Shown here one piece after another: positions 27,201-39,200 of a stretch of 64,000 nucleotides of DNA (positions are counted from its first letter, which is position 1; each line of letters opens with the position of its first letter). The translations under genes and the position numbers were made by a program. The notes under the pieces are model-generated. The model did no database searches, was not told the DNA's origin, and worked only from the letters and a program-made list of their open reading frames with translations. The stretch comes from Isurus oxyrinchus (Eukaryota): the NCBI GenBank assembly GCA_026770705.1, contig JANJGN010000029.1:28148001-28212000 (forward strand), read 5' to 3'.

Positions 27201-30200
27201 AAACATGTCAATAAACTTCCTAATTTGTCACCCAATGAGAGGAATTTTATTGCTTGAAGGGATGTAAATCTGATAAGCTGCGGTTTTGACTATAACAAAC
27301 TATCAGGATGCTATCTGATTGTAATGCCTCCAATAACCAGAAACCTTACCGTACACTTCAATGAAAATGCTATCATTCTTTGGTGGAACAGATGGATACT
27401 CCTCAAAATCCGCTGTACAGGTGACTTCCATCAGACCAGACACCTGTGGTATCCATGCTGTTGTTACCCGGATAGTATTGGAATTTGGCCTTGTTGGAAC
27501 TGAATTCAATTCTTCACCATCCTGAGACCATCTTACTCTCATCTTCTCAGCGGGATAGACATTTGTAACCTCACACGTTAACGTGACTTCTTGCTTCACT
27601 TCTAAGGGATTTTTGTCAAGGATTCTAGGCGGATCCATAAAAGCTGCAACACAGACAAGAAATTCACTTCATTTTGATTTGCTGTGTTGTTTTAGTTCCT
27701 AATGGACTGAATGGAAAACTGACCAGTACATCCCAATATACACATCCCAGGAATCTATCACACTTGCTCACTGTGAGAAAACTAGAGCCATCATCAGGAG
27801 GTCACATGCTTTATTTTTGAAATTAACCCTTGCTACTCTTCAGGCAGCCCAAGTATCTAACTTGCTACTTTTGCACCAGTTACTATGAGTGGTACAGGCT
27901 GATATACTCCCTGACTTAGCTTCACTGTGCTCTTTAATTGCATCTGTCTGCACTATCCCAGTTGAGACTTGGACTTCAGTGTGCGTGATTCTGGATATGA
28001 ATCTTTCAAGCTTGTTTTGCACTCCCTGCATCATGAGATGGGCTCACCTGCTCCATGACTATCACCTCTACTGGCCACAAGGATGTGCAAGGCAGCCAGG
28101 TTAATTTCCTTTAGAAATCCCTGTCATTATTAGGAAACCTGTGGCTGCCTTCTGACAAAAACAGGAGAGTGATAATAATATCAGCAAGTGGATTATTCTG
28201 GAGATAAACATACTTTGCACTAATTTTTTTGTTACAATCAAACAGAGGGAAAAGTTTTTTGAATCTAAAGCTCATTCCAGTCATGGCTTATCTCTCAGTG
28301 TCAAGTATCTTTGCATTGCCTGAAAGATTGTTCTGAATAAAGATGCAGTATTTAGTAATATTCTTACGCTAAAATAATTTTCTGTGTTTGGCTTGTATAT
28401 ACCAGTTAATAATTTATATACCCTCACAAGGCTGGCTTTTAACCTTCCTCTCTCTGTCTACACTGAAGAGCTTGTCTCTTGACACCAGAAAGATGACAAT
28501 TTGGAGTCAAGTTAATAAGATCTCAGGTTTGACTTGTAGTTACTGATGTTTAGAAGAATGAAACGTGATTGCATTTGAAGCATAAGATTCTGAGAAGGTT
28601 TGACATGGTAGATGCTGGGAGCTTTTTTCTGCTGGCTAGGGAGTCTGCAACTAGTGGCTATAGGCTTAGAAGGAATTTCTTCAGTTAGAGGGTTGTAAAT
28701 CTTTGGAATTTCCCATCCCAGATGGCTGTGGGTGCTCAGACTTTGAGTATATTCAATGCTACGATAGAGACTTTTGAGGCTGGATTTTTGCAGAGTTGGG
28801 AGGGCTATGCAGATCTTTGAAAATGGCAGGCGGGACCTGGATGTGGAAATCCCACCACTATTTCTGACAGATCTAACTTTTTCTGGCAAGCAAAGGGGGA
28901 TGGGGCGTGATTCAATCAGGAGGGAAATGCAAACTCAGCAGGGCCATTTGAACTGAGCACAGAATTCAAACAGACCCCATTTTGGCTGTTGCAAATAACT
29001 TAACCCAACTGTGGGAGTCATGAATTGATGGAGTAGACGTAACGACTATTGAATGTTGGATAACGTCTGTTTAAGTGTCAAGATCAAAAGTTTTTTAAAT
29101 GCCCCACCCTTTAAACATAAAAAAAGCACAGGCTGAAGTTGTCAGAGAGAGGTAAAAAAAGCCTTTGCTGGATTGCTTTGATTAACAGGCCATCTGATTT
29201 ACGTTAAAAAAATTAGCATTTGGTTACGCAGTTTCATATTTGTTTGACATTACCAAAGGGGCTATTAAAGGGTAGGGTATAGGGGATAGGCAGGAAATTG
29301 GCGTTGAGGCCACAGTCAGATCAGCCTTGATTTTATTGAATGGTGGACCAGGCTTGAGGGGTTGAATGGCCTACTGCTCCTAATTTGTATATTCATATGT
29401 TTGTATTATAAATGCTTGGCTGAATTTCAAATTCTACAATTGTCTCAGCAAGGCTTCTGAGTTTGCTGATTGATTGACACTTTAAAAGGGCTAGTAAAGA
29501 ATTGGCTGTGTTTGAAATGGGGTCTGAATAGATGCTTGTTTGTTTTTATAGAGATTTACACTTGAGGAAATTTTAAAGCTTTGAATGGATTTCATCAATG
29601 GGGGTTCTTTTCATATCAAGTGCATATAAGCGAAAGCTGTAATAGTTAGAAGCTCAATTTGTCCATCTCCACATTGGTTCTAGAGATTTGCCCATTGTGG
29701 ATACAGATTGAGTGGCTATGGAGGTAACATAGAGGGTATGGGGGTTGCATAGGGGGTTTGTTGGGAGCATGAGTGGCTATGGAGGGTATGAGAGGCAATG
29801 GGAGGGTGGGTGAGGTTGTCATGAACTGGCATTGAGGTGGCATGAAGGGTATTAGGGGCCATGCATTGGGTGGGGCATAGGTTGGCATGGAGGTGACATG
29901 GCAGGGTGGGTGGGGGGTGATGGGCATGAGGTGTGAGGGGTAGATCTTCTAAAATAATAGTCCTAGACAAAGTCCCAGAGAACTCAGCCTGCCTCAGCAC
30001 TTACCCACCCCTTGGCCGCCTCGCTTTGCTTCTGTGGTTGGCGGCCCTGAATCTATCCCACCTCTGACTGCACTCATTGGGCCACTTTAAACAGAGGTGG
30101 GTCCAGTAAGTCGGGAAATTTCCAGTCTCGAGCTAGCCACCTCAATATAAAAATCTGGCTTTTGGACTCTAGGAAAATCAAGGGATATGGGGGTTGGGCA

Positions 30201-33200
30201 GGAAGGTGGAGTTAAGGTCAAAGATCAGCCATGATCTTGTTGAATGGTCTTCCTGGTGACATGAGTTCAAACCCTACCACAGCAGCTGGTGGAATTTAAA
30301 TTCAATTAATAACATATGTAATTAAAAGCTAGTCTCAGTAATGGTGCCCATGAATCTTGTAAAAACCCACCTGGTCCACTAGTGTCCTTTAGGGAAGGAA
30401 ATCTGTTGTCCTTACCTGGTCTGGCCTAAATGTGATGCCAGACCTACAGCAATGTGATTGACTCTTAACTGCCCTCTGAAAAGGCTGAGCAAGTCACTCA
30501 GTTCAAGGGCAATTAGGGATGGGCAACAAATGCTGGCCTCGCCAGCGACACCCACACCCCATGCAAGAATAAACTTTTAAAAACAGGCTCGAGGGTTGTT
30601 TGGCTTACTCCTGCTCCCATTCTTTGTGTTCTTATGTTTTGCAAACTCTTCATTGACACTTTCAAACTAATTTTGCAAACTCCTTGGCTGACTAAAAGAT
30701 GTATAGATAATTGATAGTTACACATTGGACAATAAGAAAACTGCAATTTGCTGCTGAATCCAAGGTGAGAAATTTTTATCCAATAAATTTTTGTGCTCTG
30801 TACAAAACAGGAGCTAATGAGAAGTTTATTACTATACTGCTTCCTATTTATTCTCTACAAATTATAGTTATTTAACCCATTTTTAAAAAGAGTAGTGTTT
30901 CCTGCTCAGTTGGAACTTACAGTAAATATGCAGAGTCACAGAGGAGTTGGCGATTGGTTTTGTGGTGTTGGAGTCCAAGTCCACTTCTGCCAAGCAGGTG
31001 TACTCCTGTCCATCATCTGAGATACTTGCAGTGAAACTGAAGACGTTCCTCAATCTTTTATCTTCATCTGGGAAACCTGTTTCTTCTGTGAAATTACTCT
31101 GAACAACCTCTCCCCCTCTCAGCCATGTGAGTATGAGTTTATTGTTTGGATAGACCCTCGGACCAGTGCACTCCAGACTATATGTTCTGTTAACTTCCAG
31201 CACTTCAGGAAGTGGAGTAATGCTTATCTCTCGATCTGTTAAAAGACATTAACAGGAATCATCAAAACAATATACATTGGAAACCTCTTGTTCCACTCCT
31301 CTTTTCCCTCAACACATGTATTTTTCATAAAGAGTTGTAAATAGCCTATGCGTACAATAAAGGTTATCACAATCAAAAATGTGCTTGTGTTCCAACACGC
31401 CCTATTAAAGTTCTGCTTCAGTAATTCTCTTCAGTTTGCACTAAGCCATGAGCAATGACCTGGGCCTTGATTTTAAAAAGCACTAAAATTAGCATATTTG
31501 ACAAAAAATGAAACTATCACAGAATAGAATCATAGGATGGAATTTCCCATTCTGAAGTATAAGTTGGGGGGTGGGAGTGGAAATTAGAATGATTTCCATT
31601 CGGGGGTGGGACAGCAGGTCCTTAGAGATCCCTGCGCTGGTCACCTCAAGAGGCACGAGAAGTTCAGTGAATCTTGGGCTGTGTGGGCAGAAAGTCGTAG
31701 TCCCTGCTCTTGCCTCAAGGGGTTGAAGGTACTGGTGGCATATTGAAAGGGCACCTGGACAGCCATTTGCTCACTGCAAGCCAGGAGCATCAGTCTGGCT
31801 GTTGTTCCAGAGGCAGAGACCTACTGCAGAATATAGAATGTCGCAGACCAGACAATGTGTGGCCCCACTGTTTCGCGATGCCTCTCTGTGGGATCTCCTT
31901 CCAAATAAGGCGGGAGGTCCTGTCTCCAGGAGAAGGCAGTTGGAGCTCTCCCTTTCATGTGGTGGCTTGGCTGGAAGTCGTAGTGAATGTTAGTGCCCCT
32001 GTGGGCCCCAAAAGAACCAGCGCAGCAGTGCAGGCAAAGGGTGAATGGTATACGCTGCTCCGCCAGGGTAAGTGGAACCGTCTACTCACTGCAAAGTGAC
32101 ACTCAGAAGGGCATCAGGCAGTGTAAGTGTGAGTGCACAGAGATGTCAGACAGGAGTTTGGGTTGCAGGACTCAGCAGAAGATGGGGCATGTGCACGGAA
32201 TATGTGCCAGCCACTTCATTCTCTCAATGTTCTCTCAGTTGCAGGACATCATGCTTGTTAATCACTTACTAGGAAGGGCTCAGGAGCTCCTAACCTGCTC
32301 ATGTACCCATTGGGATGACACTCAATTCTTCCGTTTGTCTGCAGGCCAAAAACGCCCACAATAAGAGGGAGCGGACTGAGGCCAGTGATGGCATTCTGGA
32401 CATCAGAGTGCTCAGCACCTTTGAAGAGGAGGCCACCAAACTAGCCGGGGAGGACAGGGCCGGGCCTGCACCGATGGCAAAACAGGAGTCCTCCAGCAAG
32501 CCAATGGTAATGCCTCGAGTCTGCAGTCGTGCTGACAGAGTGAGACATTATTTTAATAAGGGAGCGTCCATTCAGTGATAGATTTACAGTTTCTGGGGTC
32601 CTGTGCTGGGCGGGCGCGCTAAGCAGCGGGACGCGCGCCCATTGTTAATTATAGGCCTTGTTAAGGGCCTTAACTTGCCAATCGTCGCCGATTTTGAGGG
32701 GCCCGTGTGAACTCTGGCTCACGGCTCGGGCCCAACGGGCAGGCGGGTAGGTGATTTCTTTACAAACCTCATCCAGTGGGAGGATGAGGTTTGATATCGG
32801 GTTCAAAGTTTAATATGGTTTTTGTTTATTTCATTAACATGTCCCAACCCGTGTGACACTTTCACATGAGGGGAGCATGTTAATGAATTTTTTATTGTTC
32901 TATTTTTTATATTTGCCAGCCTTTCAGCGATCTCCCTGAGACAGCACTTTGCCTCAGGGAGGTGTGCGCTCTTTTGCGCGCATGTGTGAGAGAACTCACT
33001 CTGACAGATGGGGAATCCCTCCCCTGCACATGGAGCGCATACGCTTCCCATTGGGCGGCCTGCTGGGGGGGCCTTAATTGACCCGCCCACTTAAAATGGC
33101 AGCGTGGCCCGTTTCAGCGGCGGCGATCGGCTCCCCGCCCACCGCCGAGCCGGTGGGGTCCGCCCGCCCTTCAAGGGCAAAGTTCTGCCCATGAAGTGGG

Positions 33201-36200
33201 CAAAAAATTTCTCAAAGGACATTAGGTGGTGTGAGCAGGAGGTGGTGTCATCATGTTGTTTCCTGACTAGCGGTCTCCAGGTTAATTTAACCTGCAAATC
33301 TCTTCAATCTCTCTCCCTATCTTTCCGCTGGAGTTTTTAAAAGAAAGAGTGAAACGTAATAATGCTTTGAGACATCCGGTGGTTATAGGACAATGACAAA
33401 ACAGCCAATAAAGTACTGTTGAGTTAGTCATTGTTGCACACAGGAAGTTCCCACAAGCAACACATGAACTTTAGCAGATAACAAGCTTTTGCAACACTGA
33501 TAGATGGATTGCAGGACTGAAGGGAAATTCCCCTGCTCTTCCTGAAAACGGTGCCAGGAGATTTTTTTGTAAATAACTGAGCCGACAGTTTAACGTTTCA
33601 GATGAAAGATGGCACTTCCAACAGCTCAGCAGTCACTCAGCATTCTGGGGCACCCTGTCATTTGCCATGGTACAGTGTGTTTCATTGTAAATCCACCCCT
33701 GTATCCACTAAATCTTTTTCTTCCCCATTCTAGCTGCCAGGAAGAAAAGAAAGGGGAGCAAAAGAAGGCAGCCCACCCTCAACTCCATCTCCAACCCCAC
33801 TTCTGAGGATGATGACTCAGAATCCTCAGAGGATCCACCATCATGGCGTTCACCTGCACTCTCCACCAGCACAAAGACATTCACCTCGGCAATGCACTTC
33901 CTAGAGTAAGTGTGGGGTTACAATCTGGTAAGAACATCACAGACACGTTTCCATAACTGACGGAGTAAGTGACAGCCAAGGTCTCTGTCATTCACAGGAC
34001 TTTCACAGGCCCCTGTTGAGCTCCATGCAATGATAAGCCTGTGGACTTGGCCATAAGGGACAGATTGGAGTTGCAGAGACATGCAGGGGAATATCAGGCA
34101 GAGATGCCAGAGGCTTTGTGCAGACTGGACCAAGGCTGGAGGTGCCGGTCCACATTCTGTCTGCTGTACTGGCTCTGGCATGCGAGTGCTTGGCTGCCTC
34201 CCTGGAAATGGAGGCAGCTGCTTTGGAGAGCCAGGCTCCAGCAGAACACACAGTGGCTGCAGGAAATGCACTCAGTCCTGGACTCTGTCACTCTAGCCAT
34301 GGGTGCAGTGCAGTAGTGACTAGGTGAGAGAGAGGACAAGGCATCTTGATCTTGCCCCAGATGCTCCATATCCTCAAGGAGTCAGGGAGCAGTCATCGTG
34401 CACTGACATGGTGGCAAAGGGCCAGCAAGGCACCCTGGGGGGGCTTTATCTCAGGACACTCCAAGGGTGCTTAGCAGGCCAGGGCCCCTGGGCCTCAGGT
34501 CACCAGTGGACATTCACCTGTGAAAATCATTACAGTCAACAGGGCATAGTAGTCAGCTGGCTGCCTCCACCTCAGTGTGGTTGTCGGGGCTGCAATGAGA
34601 CAGTAAGATATTTTGAAGGCACATAGATTGCATGGGTGTCCACCCATTGACCAAACTTTTGGCTCTTGTAAATATCTGTTCACTGCACTGTTTGTAAGTT
34701 TCCTGGATTCCCATCTTTCTACTAGTTGCTTAAATGGTCATGAGCTTTTAAGGATGTGGAACTTAATCGCTTATCAGAGTCTGATAATGTCCACCTATAG
34801 AGTCACTTCTCTCACATTATCAGCATTTGATCATTGAATATTCCAACGTGAGAATGCTCAAACACTGGCCATCATTTATGAGTGTGCAGTCTGGACACGC
34901 ATCATGCAATCCATTACTTCCAGCTTACAAGATTCTGAGCTCTGAAAATGTCTGTGCAGAGTATGCAGCAAAATCATTGCATCTCCTGCTGCTGTTGCCC
35001 TGATGTGAGTAGTGGGTGGATGCAAAGAGTCCTCAAGGGAAGCTAAACTATGTGAGTAGCAAGGAATACTGTAGGTGCAGGGTGAGGGCTGTAAGAGGGA
35101 AACTCACAACTGTGGTTTGAAGAACAGAAAGCTGATGATAGGAGAATGATGGGGTGTGCACATTCAGTCGTTCCTGGCTGTTCTTGTTCAAATGTAATGT
35201 TGAGTTAACAGACAGGTGAAGGCGGCAAGTAAGGAGACAACGAGCAAGTTGGTCTTGACTGCAAGAGGGATTGAGTGTAGGATAAAGAAATGTGTGTGCA
35301 GTTGACTATAGCCCTTGTGGGATTTCACATGGAGAATTGTTTGGCCTGCTTGTTTCCTTATCAAGGGTAGGAATAAACCTCGCATAAAGAGATTGTAACC
35401 AAAGGGCACCAGACACCATTAAGGGACTGGGGTATTATTTCCCCATGAGGTGAGAGCATGTCTTGTGACACAGTAATAGTGTCCCTATCTCTGGGCCAGA
35501 AGCTTTGGGTTCAAGTACTGCTTCAGGACTTAAATAAAAATACCTGGTAAACCTCAGCAGGTCTGACAGCATCTGCAGAGAGGAACACAGTTAATGTTTC
35601 AAGTCCGTATGACTCTTCAACAGAATTAAGGAAAAATAGAAGAGAGATGAAACATAAGCTGGCTCAAGCGGGGTTGGACAGGTAGAGCTGGATAGAGGAC
35701 CAGTGATAGGTGGAGATAGCCAAAAGATGTCATAGACAAAGAGATGTTGAAGGTGGTGATATTATCTAAGGAATGTGCTATAGGTGACATGATGGCTACA
35801 GAAGCTGTGTTCATAAGGGGGCCAAACAGGTTGATTATCAGCCTGTAAATCCTTCTAATAAGCCTGATGGCAGGTGGTGAGAGTGGGAGAGCTTCCCGGT
35901 CAGCCACACTGCAGAAGGCAACAGCAAACAGCTGCAGTACTTTGCCAAACATAATCATGAACCAATCCAATGGATGTCTGTGGTCACCAACACCCTTTTA
36001 GGGCATGGTAGCTGGAGGAAGATGAGATGAGAGTGAGTAGAATGGGACTGTATGCTGGACCATATGGAAGACTGAGAGGCTATGTATGTAAGCATCAAGA
36101 GGTCTTACAGCCCTCTTTAGGGTCCATGCAGAAAAGATTTTAACTTGGCTGGGATGTCTTGAATGACAGAACACAGTCTTGCAGTAACACTAAGGCCATC

Positions 36201-39200
36201 TAGGACTAAATATGTCAGATTCTGCAACTGGAGGGTGGTGAGTGGTTGGACCTCAAAACTCCATGGTTCAGTGGAGGCACTGTCTTTGAGTGGATTGATA
36301 CTTTTTGGGATGATAAAGATGTCAAGGGATATGGGGTTACTGAGATCATTTGCTTAATGGGGACCAGTTACAAGAACTCCCCTGGTCAAGGTGCATGGAG
36401 GAACAATTTCAAGGGGCAAATGGTCCACTCGTTGTTTTTCCCTGTTTCTGGTTCTGCCCCAAAGAGTTCTTTGCAAGGTCTACTCCCTGTTGGCAGCAGG
36501 TATGAGGGTGACAGGGGTGCATTGCTGCAGAGACAAGAAATCATGTTGCTCTCAGTGTGCCATGCATACAGACATTGTCAGGGAATGCACGAGGTCACGG
36601 GGGAACGGAATGCTGTGCAGGGTCTGATGCATGCATTTGGCGCAAGGGCTCTATATATCACCATCGTTTCCCACATGCAAAGGATCAAACCACCAGCAGG
36701 GCTGATGTTAAGTAGTGCAATTTAATTCCATTTTCATAAATCAAGGTACATGAGAGGAAACTATAATGTATGTTACAAATAAGGAGCTGTGGTCTGCCAG
36801 CCAGAGAGGATGGAAAACAAAATAGTAAAGATTAAGTATATGCAGCTTACTCTGCCTGGAATCTGTTAGCTATTAGATTGTCACAGGCCTGTCTGCCATG
36901 TCATGCCCTTGCAGTGGCCACTGCATGTGCCACTGTGACATCCTGGCCCTCATCATCACCGTGTCTTCCCTGTCCTCATTGTCAGAGGAGGCATCTTGCT
37001 CCTCCATTTCTCCCCTGCAAAGACATTGCCTCTGTGTAGTGCGAGGTTATGCAGGGTGCAGCAGACAACGATGATCTCTGTGGCTAGTATTGGGGAGTTC
37101 CGCCTGAGCGGTCCAAACATCTGAACTTCAGCTTTAGGCCTATCATCTGCTCAATGGTGGCCCTTGTGAAGGCATGTGGACCGCAAACTGGTGTCATCAG
37201 CCAGGTCTGCTGGGGGGTATCCCTTGTTCCCAAGGAGCCAGCCCTGCAATTGCTGATGTCCTTCAAAAACTTGAGGTACCTGGGAGTGGTTCAGAATGTA
37301 GGCATGATGACAGCTCCCTGGGAATTGAGCACAAACACACAGGATTTGTTTTCTGTGATCACATGTCAGCTTCACATTCAAAGAATGGAAAACTTTCCTG
37401 TTGAGGAATGTGACTGGCTGATGCCAGTGTGCACATGTGTGCAGTCAATAGCCCCTGGCACTTGCAGGAATCCTCAATTACTGCAAAACCAATGCTCTGG
37501 CTGTCTGGCTCTTGGGATTCAAGCAGAATTTGACAAATTGGTACACTCTTCTGAAGAGAGCATCTGTCACCTTCCAGATACACTTGTGTGTCACTGTCTG
37601 GGACATGCTGCATAGTCCCCAGTGGATCCTTGGAAGGAGTCACTGGCAAAGAACTTTAGGGCCACAGGATTGGGATTGCCTCCAGATCTTCATGGGGTAG
37701 CTGGGATATGTGAACAGCCACACTCCAGACATCTTAAGGCACATCCGGCATTGTCCTTCACTCATCCACAGGCAGTTGCACTGCCTGCGATATACCATAT
37801 TCGGGCCAATGCTTACCGTCGCTCTGGCCCCTGGTCACCATCATTCTGACCTGCTTGTGGCTCCGCCACAACTTGCTGCTATGGTGGTTGCTGCTCCTGG
37901 CCCTGAGTTAACCTGCGCCGGAGTTTAGAAGAGTTGAGGCAACTTGATTGAAACATGTAAGATCCTGAGGGTCTTGACAGGGTGGATGTGGAGAGGATGT
38001 TTCCTCTTGTGGGAGAATCTAGATCTAGGGATCGCTGTTTAAAGATAACAGTTGCTCATTTGAAACAGAGATGAGGAGAAATATTGTCTCTGAGAGGGTT
38101 GTGAGTCTTTGGAACGCTCTTCCTCAAAAGGCAGTGGAAACAGGGTCTTTGAGTATTTTTAAGGTAGAGCTAGATAGATTCTTGATTAACAAGGGGGTGA
38201 AAGGTTATCGGGGGTAGGCAGGAATGTGGGGTTGAGGTTACAGTCAGATCAGCCATGATCTTATTTAATGGCGGAGCAGGCTCGAGGGGCTGAGTGGCCT
38301 ACTCCTGCTCCTAATTCGTATTCTCGTATGTTCCCCTTCATCTCGACCAGAGCCAGCAGAAAGACAGGATTGCCTGGAGCCTGCATCATCTATGCCTGAG
38401 CGGATCTGTGAACAAATTGCAGTGATCCACCTTGTCAGCATATTCTTTGTAGATTGGCTTCATCTCTGAGCCTTTAAGCCAATGCTAAGCCCTGTGTCTG
38501 ACATCCTTCTAGACTTGGTCTCCCATCCCACCCCTTCATGGTGAAGGTCATCCTGAGGACTACAGATGAGTTTTCCTCCCGTTCGTGCCTCAATGTGCAT
38601 GAAAATTGGCTGGGGTAATGTCAGCCATGTGTGAGAATCCTCTCTCAAACACTATTCCACTTGCCTCCATTAGCCTCGAGATTCTGTAGAAAGACCATTG
38701 CCTAGGCATCATAGTAAGACTTACCTCACGCATCCTTGTCATGCGTGACCAGTTAACTGGGAGAATGGTCGTTTAGAGTTGGGACTTGGCTACCATCCAC
38801 CCCCTCGCTCCCTCCCTTCCTCTCTTCATCCCTGCCTCTGACAGCAGCAGGTACCAATTGGCAAACGGCAATACAGCAGCTTCAGAACTTGATGGGTTCC
38901 CATTGGAATGCAATCCAATAATCACAGAGCAATGCTCGTTTATTGGGCGTTGGATCCTCAAGAGGAGAACTCAGCTGAGCCTGGTTCTCCAAGGAGTGAA
39001 CTAATAATGAATAGGGTGCCCCTTTACTTGGCCCAAAAAAATCAAGCATTAACTCCTCCCATCCGAAAAGAGGCCTCCCCCATATTGAACGCTGGTGAGG
39101 TTTAATGAACTGCGCAACAATCTTGACAGCTTCAGCTTGATGCATCTGAGATTTGCCATCGCATCAAGCACCTTCTATCCTCCCTTTGTTACTCACCAAG

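Larger units (their letters stand above)
31535..39000. mobile_element. Large degraded Harbinger region: Myb/SANT-like ORF remnants (+, 31.8-34.6 kb) and HARBI1-like transposase (-, 36.85-37.9 kb), with nested MITE, Penelope and CR1
   Basis: APLFRDASL...WLEV...AQQCRQRVN; [24 protein letters not shown]...WLLGNKGYP. Confidence 0.65.
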
